From: Eledone cirrhosa
Taxonomy: Eukaryota
Assembly: GCA_964016885.1 (NCBI GenBank)
Contig: OZ024744.1
Location: 37,820,001-37,884,000 of the forward strand
Direction of reading: 5' to 3'
DNA length: 64,000 nt
Shown piece after piece: positions 52,778-64,000 of this stretch (the first letter of the stretch is position 1; the number at the start of each line of letters is the position of its first letter). The notes below the pieces were generated by a model. It was not told the origin of the DNA, did no database searches, and was given only the letters and a program-made list of their open reading frames with translations. A program made the position numbers and the translations under genes.

Positions 52778-52896
52778 ATTGAAAGACTTCGCCAGGTGGT
52801 GCTATTAAGTTAGACATGGCCTGGGCCAATACTGGCCAAAACATTTCAAAGTTATTCAAAGTTATATATATATATATATATATATATATACGTGTA

Positions 52897-52969
<73 letters not shown>

Positions 52970-53332
52970 GTGTATATATATGTAGAAGATCACGCCACCT
53001 CTTCGTGTCTTGAAGTGAGCAGACGCATTTCACTGTGGCGAAACAGCGATGTCACACCATGCCGTCATGGGATATTTGAACACCGCCACGAAATGATAAT
53101 TACGAATTACCAACCAAGGAGCAACTGATATGATAAACTGCTTTGTTTATTGCTCTGATTAAAATGCTCATGTACATTTAATCTTGAGGTATGTTCTTTT
53201 TGCTTAATTGTTTACCTACACCTAACAAACATAGAAGAGATGTTTCTAGCAGCCAAGCTAGGGAAGCGAACTCCCCTCTAAATCGTAAAACAACGCAGCC
53301 TTCTAAAATGGTGACCATCTCTCCTAAATATA

Positions 53333-53455
<123 letters not shown>

Positions 53456-53546
53456 GTGTATATATATATATATATGTATATATATACGTGTATATATATG
53501 TATATGTGTGTGTGTGTGTATATATATATATGTTTATATATACGTG

Positions 53547-53578
<32 letters not shown>

Positions 53579-53609
53579 TACGTGTGTATATATATATATA
53601 TATACGTGA

Positions 53610-53656
<47 letters not shown>

Positions 53657-53657
53657 C

Positions 53658-53693
<36 letters not shown>

Positions 53694-53734
53694 GTGTATA
53701 TATATATATATGTATATATACATATATATAGGTG

Positions 53735-53789
<55 letters not shown>

Positions 53790-53825
53790 GTGTATATATA
53801 TATTTTTATATATATATATATATAC

Positions 53826-53869
<44 letters not shown>

Positions 53870-53875
<6 letters not shown>

Positions 53876-55800
53876 TTCAAGAGTAACCAATCTTAAATAG
53901 ATATAACGGTCTCTCTATCACCATCGAGCTGAACCATAAAGTAGTAAACTTCCTAGACGTCACCCTTGATCTCAACAATAACCTTTATATCCTTTACCAT
54001 AAACCAGGCGAAATACTCACATATATTAGCCCACACTCTAACCACCCACCGGCAGTCATCAGAGCAGTAATCAAATCTATCTCCTATAGGATCTCAATGC
54101 TATCAGCAAATGAAGAGATATTTATAAACCACGCACAATATTATAATAAGGCTCTCTCTGAATCTGGTTATAAACAATCAATTTATTACATACCTAAATG
54201 CCATAACACAGCAACTCACCATAATAAACTTAACACTAGAACTAGAAATACCTTAGCATATAGCCAGATTCGCCGGAATTTTAGCAGTAACAGCACCTAT
54301 ACAGGGAACTTTAATGGTGGCAGCGGCCTGCTCCCCACTCCTAGTAGCAAACTAAGAATCAACCCTAGAATAGGAATGAGAACTGGGATGACAAATAACA
54401 AACCCCCAGGTAATAATAACCCTAGGAAGGCCCCTACCAACTCCACTAGAACCCCTAGAAAGAATAGGCCTAGAAATATAACCTGGCTTAACCCACCATT
54501 CTCATCTAATCTAGCCACTAATATCCCTAAACGCTTCTTCTCTATCCTATCCAAACACTTCCCCCCTAACCATAGATATTACAAACTCTTTAATAAAAAC
54601 AACATTAAAATCTCATTCTCCACAACACCTAACCTAGCTAGCCACATCGCGTTCAGTAACCATCATAAACTAAGACAGTATAACTCCCACACCGCGTTAC
54701 CACCACCCCTATCAAAAACACCACGCCACTACACCAATAATTACTCTAGTAGCACACCTCCCCGATCTAATCCTTCTAGCACGGACCAACTGCTTAGGTT
54801 AAATAACCCTAATCTCACTAACCGCAGAAGCAACTGCAACTGCCGCTACCCCAATGCATGCCCATTAAATGGACACTGCCTTACACCCAACATAGTCTAT
54901 AGGTGCACAGCTGAGACTGCTTCGAATACCAGCTCTTACATCGGGTCTACCTCTAACCCTTTTAAGGTACGCTATAACGCGCACTCTTTTTCCTTCCGAG
55001 ATCCTAGCAACAGATGTTCGACATCGCTAACTAGGCTCATTAAAAACCTTAAATTAAACAAAGTTCAACACTCACTAAAATGGGATATCATAGCTAGGGC
55101 ACAACCGTTCAATGGACGAAGGAAATCTTGTGATCTCTATGTTACGGAAGCGTATTACATAACTCTATCAAAACCTCTACCAATTAACGATAGAACGGAG
55201 GTAACCATTAGCTGTCAACATCGAGGGGCTAATTCCTTCGCCAATAGAGTTTTTGACCCAACTTAGTCATGTAGCCCCATCAATAATTGTAGCTAATAAG
55301 TTAAATTGCTATGAACAACTCGATAATTATAAGTTACCTCCCCTACATTGTCTCTCAATTAAATAATTTCAATACTAGCGCTTAACTATAAAATACACAC
55401 AATCTCTAATCTCTCGAGAAGTTACTTCCCCTGAAACCACCCTCTAATTAGTAAGGTAAATATGCCCTTTGGCAGCCATCTTGTTACCCATAGGCAGATC
55501 TCACACAATGCAGCCTCGACAGATGAGTACTGCTTGATTATGGCTGACAGCTGATGAAACAAAGGCACCATAGTAAAAACTAATATATGGAAGATTATAT
55601 TATGTAACATCATATTAATTTATATTCCTTTGAGTTCCGATGAGCCACTCTGTTTTTTTAATTATGTTAATTATTTTCAACTGAACCAGATCAATTATGA
55701 TATATAGTCATCTGATCCAGAAATATTATACGGAGTAGCGAAACAATTGTAAATGGGCATTATTATTATTAATATTATTATTATTCTCTACCTTCCTTAC
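53870..55800 (+). mobile_element. 5'-truncated Penelope-like element; ORF open to 55266, then 3' pLTR
   Basis: VVNFLDVTLDL..PYHKP..SNHPP, ITWLNPPFS, CNCRYPNACPLNGHC and IVYRC..YIGSTSNPFKVRYNAH motifs. Confidence 0.92.
55637..55755 (+). ncRNA. Hammerhead-like motif with ~80-nt insertion in stem II
   Basis: CCGATGA GCCACTCTG ... CGGAGTAGC GAAA CAATTG TA. Stem I is weak. Confidence 0.45.
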
Positions 55801-56407
55801 ATCAAACTAAATATATTGACAATCTTTTAATAATGTCTTCCGTGTGAAATTTGTGGTCTTGTTTTGCTTAACAAGCCAGATTGAAGTATATTAATTATTA
55901 TACTACAGTTTGTCCATTTCGATTTAAAATAATAAATCAACGGAGACGAACTGTATTGGCAAAAGGCCGTGATGTTTAGACACATTTAATTTCAAAATCA
56001 AACCTGTTCCGTAGATAAGTTTAGACTTTAAGATCCAAATATGTTTCGAGTTAAAAAAGTGTAGGAATATCAAGTCCCGCTCTCCTCAGTAAACATCCAG
56101 AGACAAATTGATATGCTTCACTTCTAAATAATTTAAAAGACTGCGTGGCGCACATGGCTTTACAGTATCTAACTAGTCTCATAACCGTACTGCTAGAAAT
56201 AACAGTCGTGTATATGAGGCGGCTTTGCAGCTCAAACTAGGAGCAGATTAAAATTAATAAGGTAATGAATTTTTTTACAATGGAATCAGCTCGAATGAGG
56301 AAAAAATATATCCCATGAGCAGTGTATAAATTAATATGTATGTGATGAAACACAGATACCAACACATCTGTATATATATTGCGAAAGAAAAATTTAGCCA
56401 GATTGAA

Positions 56408-57301
<894 letters not shown>

Positions 57302-57302
57302 C

Positions 57303-59429
57303 ATTGAGAGTGAGGTGGAGTTCTGGGCCTCCTACTTAGATTTACCTACGACACTGACTATCTAGACAGCCATGACCTTGGACGTTTCTGCCCTAGTAGA
57401 CCGATAAGAGGTAGAGCCCCCACCATGACCTCAATGGCAAAAAGGACTCCCATGGAAAGGTGGATTGGGTGGACCAAAGCTATACGGACCCCCCCCCCAA
57501 CAATGATCAGGTAAGAAAAATGGTCGCACATGCAATAGGGGCTAATATCAAAACTACCGTAAAGGCCACATATTCAAGTTCAACGAGAAGATCTACACCC
57601 AAAATGAGGGAGCAGCTATTGGCGTCAGCATAGCTGGTGATGTTGCCAACCTTTTCATGGTATGGTGGGAAAAGAGACTTAAAGATCTCCTTAATATAAG
57701 CTCCATAGACCTCATCATGTACTCTCGTTGTGTAGACGATATCAATATAGTTATAAGAACATCCCCACTAGAGAGCACTAACAAGTTTGATTTAGAACGT
57801 AGCACAATGGAAAGCATCCAGCAGATAGCTAATTCCATACACCAGAGTATAACTGTAACTATCGACTACCCTTCCAAACACCCTAACAATAGACTACCTG
57901 TATTAGACACGGAACTCTGGTTTAACACTATAGACGAGAGAGCCCAAATTCTCCACTCACACTGTGCTAAACCCATGGCCTCCAAATACCTGATACTCAA
58001 AAACTCAGCAATGTTCAGTAGTGATGAAGAATGTGTCCCGCATGTGCGACCCAACAGAAATGGAAAGATACATCCAACACTTCATAAACCGCTTGCAGTT
58101 CTCTGGCTACAACCAAAGAGACAGAGTCAGAGTATACGAAGGAGCCATGGAGAAGTATAAGACCCTCATAGAACTGGACATGAAAGGAATTTGCCCATTA
58201 TACAGGAGCAAATCATGGAATAGCTTAGATAGGGCTAGACATAAGATAGGGAAAGCCACCTCATGGTACGACAACCAGAGATACCAGAGCGTCATGTTTG
58301 TGGACGCTACCCCTGGAGGGAAATTAACTAACCAGTGTAGAAAGGCCCTGAAAAAGACCCACTTAAAGATTAAGGTGGTAGAAAAGCCAGGAACCACCAT
58401 AAAATCTCTGATCAGCAAAACCTACCCTTTTAAGAAAACCCACTGTACTAATAGGAAATGTATCATATGTAAGGTAAACCCCCGAATAAACTGTAAAACT
58501 AGAAACGTAGTCTATAGCATAAGATATACAGAGGGTACTTGCAGAAACATGACTACAACATACATAGGCGAGACAGCTCGTAGCATAGGTGAAAGGATAG
58601 ACCAACACTGAGGGGAACTAAAAGGACGAAAAAACGGGTCAGTACTATACGAACATGCCAAACAACAACATGACGGTAACATAGACAACATAGAAATTAA
58701 AATAATATCTAAACATAGAAATGACCCAGCAAATAGGCAAATCAGAGAGGCCAGTGAAATAGAACTTAGAAGGCCAAGACTAAACAGAAAGAATGAATGG
58801 AATAAAAACAACGCCCAAACAAACAACACTGACCTAAGAGAAGTATAAATAAATAAATAGATAAATAAATAAATAAATACATACACAAGCACAATAACAA
58901 CAAACACATATAAACACACACTAGTAAAGATAGAATACATTAACCGATACACAGTCACCCAATCACGAACACACATCAAACAAAACACTATACACACACG
59001 CAAACGCATGCGCAAAGAAGACAAAATAAAATAAACAAACAAACAAACAAATAAATAAATAAATATATAAACAGACTAAATAAAGATGGCGTAGACATAC
59101 AATGCAACGGGAGGAAACAATAGCACCACTGACGATGTTGCAGATGTGCAACGAAAGAACTTTGATAAACTATATATATGTGTTTGTGTCTATATTGTAT
59201 CTGTATTATTTTTGACCGTTGGTCAGTCAATGGCAACATTGAGGACCGAATAAATTAGATTACCGATATAAAAGACACAGAAGCGAAAAGCGAAAACCAA
59301 CCAAACAGTGAGTGTGTTCTGTTATTAATTCTGGTAATATTACACAAATATGACCATCCCCAAGTATAACAATATTTGTTTCGACACACGATTTCATATA
59401 AAAAACCTCTCAAAACTAATTCATCGCCG

Positions 59430-59430
<1 letters not shown>
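57303..59430 (+). mobile_element. Penelope-like element of a second family (RT core, GIY-YIG, 3' region), pseudogenised
   Basis: GAAIGVSIAGDVANLFM, RCVDD, LPVLDTELW and CKTRNVVYSI..YIGETARSIGERI motifs, with frameshifts and a stop. Confidence 0.88.
59124..59167 (+). ncRNA. Minimal hammerhead in the Penelope 3' region
   Basis: CACCA CTGACGA T GTTGCA gatg TGCAAC GAAA GAAC TT TGATA. Perfect 6-bp stem II, imperfect stem I. Confidence 0.6.
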
Positions 59431-59525
<95 letters not shown>

Positions 59526-59603
59526 CAAGTAAGAATATTTTCGCAACAGCGAGTGGATTTGAAATTATTATAAATGTATTTTGACTAAAGAAATTAAAGA
59601 ATT

Positions 59604-59754
59604 TATTTAGCCTGATAGTGGGGTTAAGATCCCTCGGAGAAATGGAAAAAGATGAGTATTGACGTACATGGGAGGTAGATCCCCCACCATGTACGTCAAT
59701 ACTCATCTTTGTCCATTTCTCCGAGGGTTCTTGACCCCACTATCAGGCTAAATA
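59604..59754. repeat. ~150-bp fold-back hairpin of a repeat also present at 48110-48230
   Basis: tatttagcctgatagtgggg...gacgtacatgg followed by its reverse complement. Confidence 0.88.
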
Positions 59755-59902
<148 letters not shown>

Positions 59903-60600
59903 ACACGCATATTTATATATACACACATGCTCGCGTATGCGCACGCACACACACACACACACACACCTATATATATATATATGGGTATATATATTTATGT
60001 GTATGCAAAATGTAACCCTAAACAACAAAACAATCGGCACAGTACATGGAAGAAATATATTAGTTTAACGCTGGAAACAACAGGAAGAGTGTCTTAACGT
60101 ATCGGACACTAGTCCTCCGTTAGATAATACAGTTAGAAATAGAAGATACATAGAAATCCAAGAGTGATAAGAAGAAGGAACCTGGAAAATGAGGGGGAAA
60201 TGTGGGATAAAAAACACCCGTTTGTAATCACTCGGCCATATTGGATATATATATATATATATATATATATATGGGAGGGGGGGGGGCGTGTGTGTATGTG
60301 GGTGTAAAATTAGAATTTAGATCCGACATAGCAGTATACAAATATGTATGTGAATTTCGTATATCTAAAGATATACGGTATGTTTAACAAATAAACATTT
60401 AGAACGCCTAAGCTCTGAGTAAAAGACTGACGGTCAGCGTCGCCGAGCGGAGTCCAGAAGCAAGGGGTATAATTGTCTAAGTTGAGCCAACTTATTCAGC
60501 TTCGTATGAAAATGAGTCTAATCAGCCCGTTTACACAAACGAAACACCTATATATTTCGCCTGTCTCAAAGTCCAGCAGTAGGAAGAAGAAAGCGTTGTC

Positions 60601-60632
60601 CTGACGAGGACGATTTAAGTTCGAAATGCATA
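60601..60632 (+). ncRNA. Hammerhead core lacking the 3' strand of stem I
   Basis: CTGACGA GGAC gatttaa GTTC GAAA TGCA TA. Palindromic ATGCAT stem III. Confidence 0.5.
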
Positions 60633-60639
60633 TTTTTGA

Positions 60640-61520
60640 AAAATGTTTCCTTAATTTCCTGAGTAAAATGTTCACTACACTAGTGGAATGTGATGACATC
60701 AAAATATGACAGAATTCGTTCTCCACATTCTTCTATATGTTGGCTTAGAAGGATCTTCTTTCTGGTGTGAGCGTCCCTGATTTGTTGACGGTAAACTGTT
60801 ATTTATGTTCGCAGTGAAGTGAGTGTTGGTCCAATATAATGTTCCTGGCAGCCTTTACACTTTATAATGTATATTAGATTCTCCAAGCTGCAAGAGAAAA
60901 TTCATATTCAATTCAAAGATGGGGCTGTCTTTGAAATTAAATTCATTTCTCTCTAACAGATAATTATATACTACATAGTGACGTCGATTGCACCTTTTTA
61001 CTTCAGGTTCTTTAGAAACGGTTTGCAGTTTTGTATTCGTATGTTTCATTTTGAGTAGTTTTAGTTGACCATTACTTTTTCTGATTGGGTGTTTTTGTAA
61101 GATGTTTTTCATTTTCTTGTCCTTTAGGTAAGTTTAGTTGTTTAGATTGAAAGTTGACATGTATCGTATGATCTTTTTTCTTGTTTTGTTTTTGTTTCTC
61201 GGAGTATTTGGATATTGATTTCACTTGTTTTTTGGATACCATTGTTGATTAAATTCTGAGGATATTTTGTCTTGATAAGTATTTGTTTCATCTAGTTTGT
61301 GTCTCTGGTTGTTGGGTTTGATTCTATTGTACAGAATCGTTTGGCTAAGTTAAAGGGATGTTGGTATGGGTGGGTGATAGATGAGAAGTGGTAAAGAGGG
61401 GGAATTGTCGGGAGTTAGGTTTGAAATATATGTCAGTTTCTAATGTTCTGTTCCTTTTTGTTATTAGGATGTCTAAAAAGGAAAGATTCGTATTGCTAAA
61501 ATCCTGTGATTTGGATATTA
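60640..61520 (-). mobile_element. Degenerate Penelope-like fragment (GIY-YIG)
   Basis: YIGPTLTSLRT*ITVYRQQIR..SQHIEEC on the minus strand near 60720-60840. Confidence 0.6.
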
Positions 61521-61709
61521 TGGTTTATATCATTGACACACACATACATATATTCACATATATGTATATGTATGTGTGTGTGTGTGTGTGTGCGTTTTTC
61601 GTCTTACAAATTCCATTTACATAGTATTGCTCCACCCGAGACGATACTAGAAGACAGTCGCCCAACCTAGTATCAAGTGGCTGCAAAGCACACTCTTCAA
61701 TTACAGAAC

Positions 61710-61835
61710 CAGCCATGTATCCTCTTGACTTTAGATTTTGCTTCAAAGTTTCGAATTATTTTTCTAATTCATCCAGAGATTCATAATTGGAGAAATAAAT
61801 GTCATCAACATAAAGATGTTTCCATGGGACGTCGG
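61710..61835 (-). pseudogene. RTE-like RT fragment
   Basis: DVPWKHLYVDDI..ESLDELEK*FETLKQNLKSRG. Confidence 0.55.
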
Positions 61836-62074
61836 TTTTAAGTTACTGCGAGAGGAACTATAATAAATAGAAGGACGTACAGGGGATTGTTTGTGAAACA
61901 GGTTGTATATTGTATTATTAGATAGAATTAGCTTTTACTGATTCTATGAGGATCACACTAACGGCCTCAGTAATCTCCAGATCAATGAGTTCTCTGTGGT
62001 TCATCGGTAAGTAAATAATTTCATCCGCTGGTTTTATGTACATTGATTTGTCCGTTAAAGAAAAGAATTCTGTA

Positions 62075-62200
62075 TATACGTGAATGTTAGCAGGGATTTC
62101 TCCTTTAGCAACAAGGAATTCAATTACTGCTTTTTGCTTCTGACAGACTTCCAATGGAGCGGCCATCTTGAAATCAACTCAGTTACTCATACAAATCTGA
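62075..62200 (-). mobile_element. Mariner-type transposase N-terminal remnant
   Basis: MAAPLEVCQKQKAVIEFLVAKGEIPANIH resembles the start of a mariner DNA-binding domain. Confidence 0.6.
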
Positions 62201-62759
62201 AAAATGAGACATTTTAATCTTAAGAAGATATGTGCATTTAACTTTGTGCCAAATATCTACTCGATCTATAAAAGAAAATGAGCCTGCTATGATAAAAAGG
62301 GTTTACTTTTTGACTAGCCCTCGTACACTGTTTCTATCTACCAAATTACACTCAAATGCAATTGGTATAACGGAGCCTAATCGAGAAAACAATTATTGTC
62401 TTCTGCTGTGCAGTGGGATCGAGCCTGAAACAATGTAATTTTGAAACGAACCATTTACACATATAGCTATCTCAGCACCTATAGAAGGATTTTCGATTTT
62501 CTTTTCCACATTTATCATCCTGAAAGTTGTTTGTTCCAGCTGATTTATCAATGGAACAGCCTGGTGGTGTGATTATCGTGAAAATGTCTAGACATACACT
62601 GATACGTGTGGCTTTATCGTATTTCTGAGATTTGACGTGGCACCGTGTGAGACAATGCCGGCATCAAAAATATGTGCTCACTACAGGCACAACTCATTTT
62701 TTCCAGCTAAGCCTCTCACAAAAAGAGAATGTGAGTTCACTAAACATACTTTATGTACT

Positions 62760-63120
62760 AGTGATTTATTTTCCCCATTGTTTCATTAAGTTCTTCTTCG
62801 TCCACTTATTCCCGAGAGGTTCGTGGTGGTAGAGTCCTCAAACACTCATTGCAATTGATCCTGTCAGAAGTGACCGTCTTCAACTGATATGGCTGGATGC
62901 CCAAGCGTGACCAGCCAAGCCATGGATGTTATCCAACCATCTTGCTCGGGGTCTACCCTTGGGTCTCTTGCTGGTTAGGTTTGCCAGTAAAATATGTCCA
63001 GCGATTCTTTCTTGAGTCATTCTAATCACATGTCATAGTATCGAATCTGTGATCTCTCAATTCGGAGAAGTAGTGACTCTACCTTGAATGACTCTCTGAT
63101 CTCCAAGCTACGCAATTGTC
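62760..63120 (-). mobile_element. RTE-clade LINE 3' fragment
   Basis: HVIRMTQERIAGHILL..KRPKGRPRARWLDNI. Confidence 0.7.
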
Positions 63121-63164
63121 CAGTTTGTCTTTCACTTCGGTTATAATACACTTCCATCTAGAAT

Positions 63165-63290
63165 ACTCCACTAGTGCAAGTAATTGACTTCAGCACTTTA
63201 GTTGTGTTTTGTTTTATCGACCCCGGAAGGATGAAGAAAGTAAAGTTGATAACGACAGGATTTGAACTCAGAACGTAAATGAGCATAACA
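63165..63290 (-). mobile_element. Degenerate tRNA-derived SINE
   Basis: ttttatcgacccc..ggatttgaactcagaacgtaaa. Confidence 0.7.
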
Positions 63291-63539
63291 TGATAAGGCA
63301 AGACATATGGTGAAGCATTTTACGATTCTAACTCCTTCGTAATTTACCGATAGATAATTTAAACAGTTGATATTTTTATTGGGTACTTGACATTCAAACT
63401 ATCGCCTGTATTTTCATAGCATTTAAATACAACACGTTTTATCAAGTTAAGTCTATAGTTTCTCACTGATCCACTTGTCTCTAATATATTATTATTAATT
63501 GTCATGTGTTATTTAGCATTCTTACCGTCATTGGGAAAC

Positions 63540-63758
63540 TAATTCCCAACTATAGGCACAAGGTCTGCAATTTGGGGGGAGGGGAAAGTCGACTAAATTG
63601 ACCCCAGTGCATTACTGATACTTCATTTTACCAACCTCGTAAGGATGAAAGGCAAAGTTAACCATGGTAGGATTTGAACTCAGATCGTAAAGGGGTGTAA
63701 CCCTATGCCATAAAGCATGATGTCTAACGTTCTACCGACACTGCCAATCCACCGCCCT
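63540..63758 (-). mobile_element. Full-length tRNA-derived SINE
   Basis: A-box, B-box and core as at 16231. Confidence 0.88.
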
Positions 63759-64000
63759 GGGTCGCTACAGTGATAATAATAACAGCGTAAGACAATCGGA
63801 TAAAAAAAATCCCTTAGTACCCAAAAATAAGTTTGCAACAGCTAGCCACGTAATTTATGTCCCTAGAATTATTTTACCCAATGTTTTAACGCTACTATCA
63901 TTATCACTGTAGCGACTCGTCTTCAAATCCCGTCTTTCATTCTTAAGGGGTCAACAAAATAAACACTAGTAATGCAATGCCGTCAATTTAATGGACTTTC

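Larger units (their letters stand above)
49060..52864 (+). mobile_element. CR1-like non-LTR retrotransposon embedded in (TA)n
   Basis: ORF1 remnant plus ORF2 (LTETHL, LYRPP, GDFNLP, SDH; YRPISLTS, LDFSKAFD, GVPQGTVLGP, FADD, RPHLEYC, SLQRRRER). Tail is ttcaaagtta repeated twice. Confidence 0.92.

Noticed and set aside
55551-55570. CTGATGAAAC hammerhead-like word
   Set aside because: No stem II between the boxes and no stem I or III.
58609-58611. In-frame TGA inside a Penelope GIY-YIG domain (frame continues to about 58846), possible selenocysteine as in some Naiad elements
   Set aside because: The position is not a conserved Cys, the element has other lesions (CVDD in place of YVDD, frameshifts), the endonuclease is C-terminal unlike Naiad, and no SECIS was recognised. 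A nonsense mutation is more likely.

Overview
AT-rich, gene-free animal genomic DNA made almost entirely of transposons and microsatellites. The tRNA-SINEs resemble octopus SINEs as I recall them, so an octopod cephalopod is likely (inference). No host gene is supported, and most ORF-track entries are microsatellite artefacts. Contents: three long Tx1/L1-clade LINEs (1-5392 +, intact except one frameshift; 23123-27891 -; 33502-41882 +, carrying a nested RNase H LINE), a near-complete CR1-like LINE, R4/Dong-type and RTE fragments, five Penelope-like (GIY-YIG) fragments, two non-autonomous Helitrons, a mariner remnant and many SINEs. The main hidden signal is a dense set (more than 10) of intact or degenerate minimal type I hammerhead ribozyme motifs. 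Some lie downstream of Penelope ORFs. Others lie in non-coding elements near (TA)n tracts, two of which are long fold-back palindromes (12225-13415, 32060-32785) with an outward-facing hammerhead on each strand. The Tx1 family also appears to target (ATT)n repeats, including SINE tails. All RNA structures were paired by eye and are not computed.
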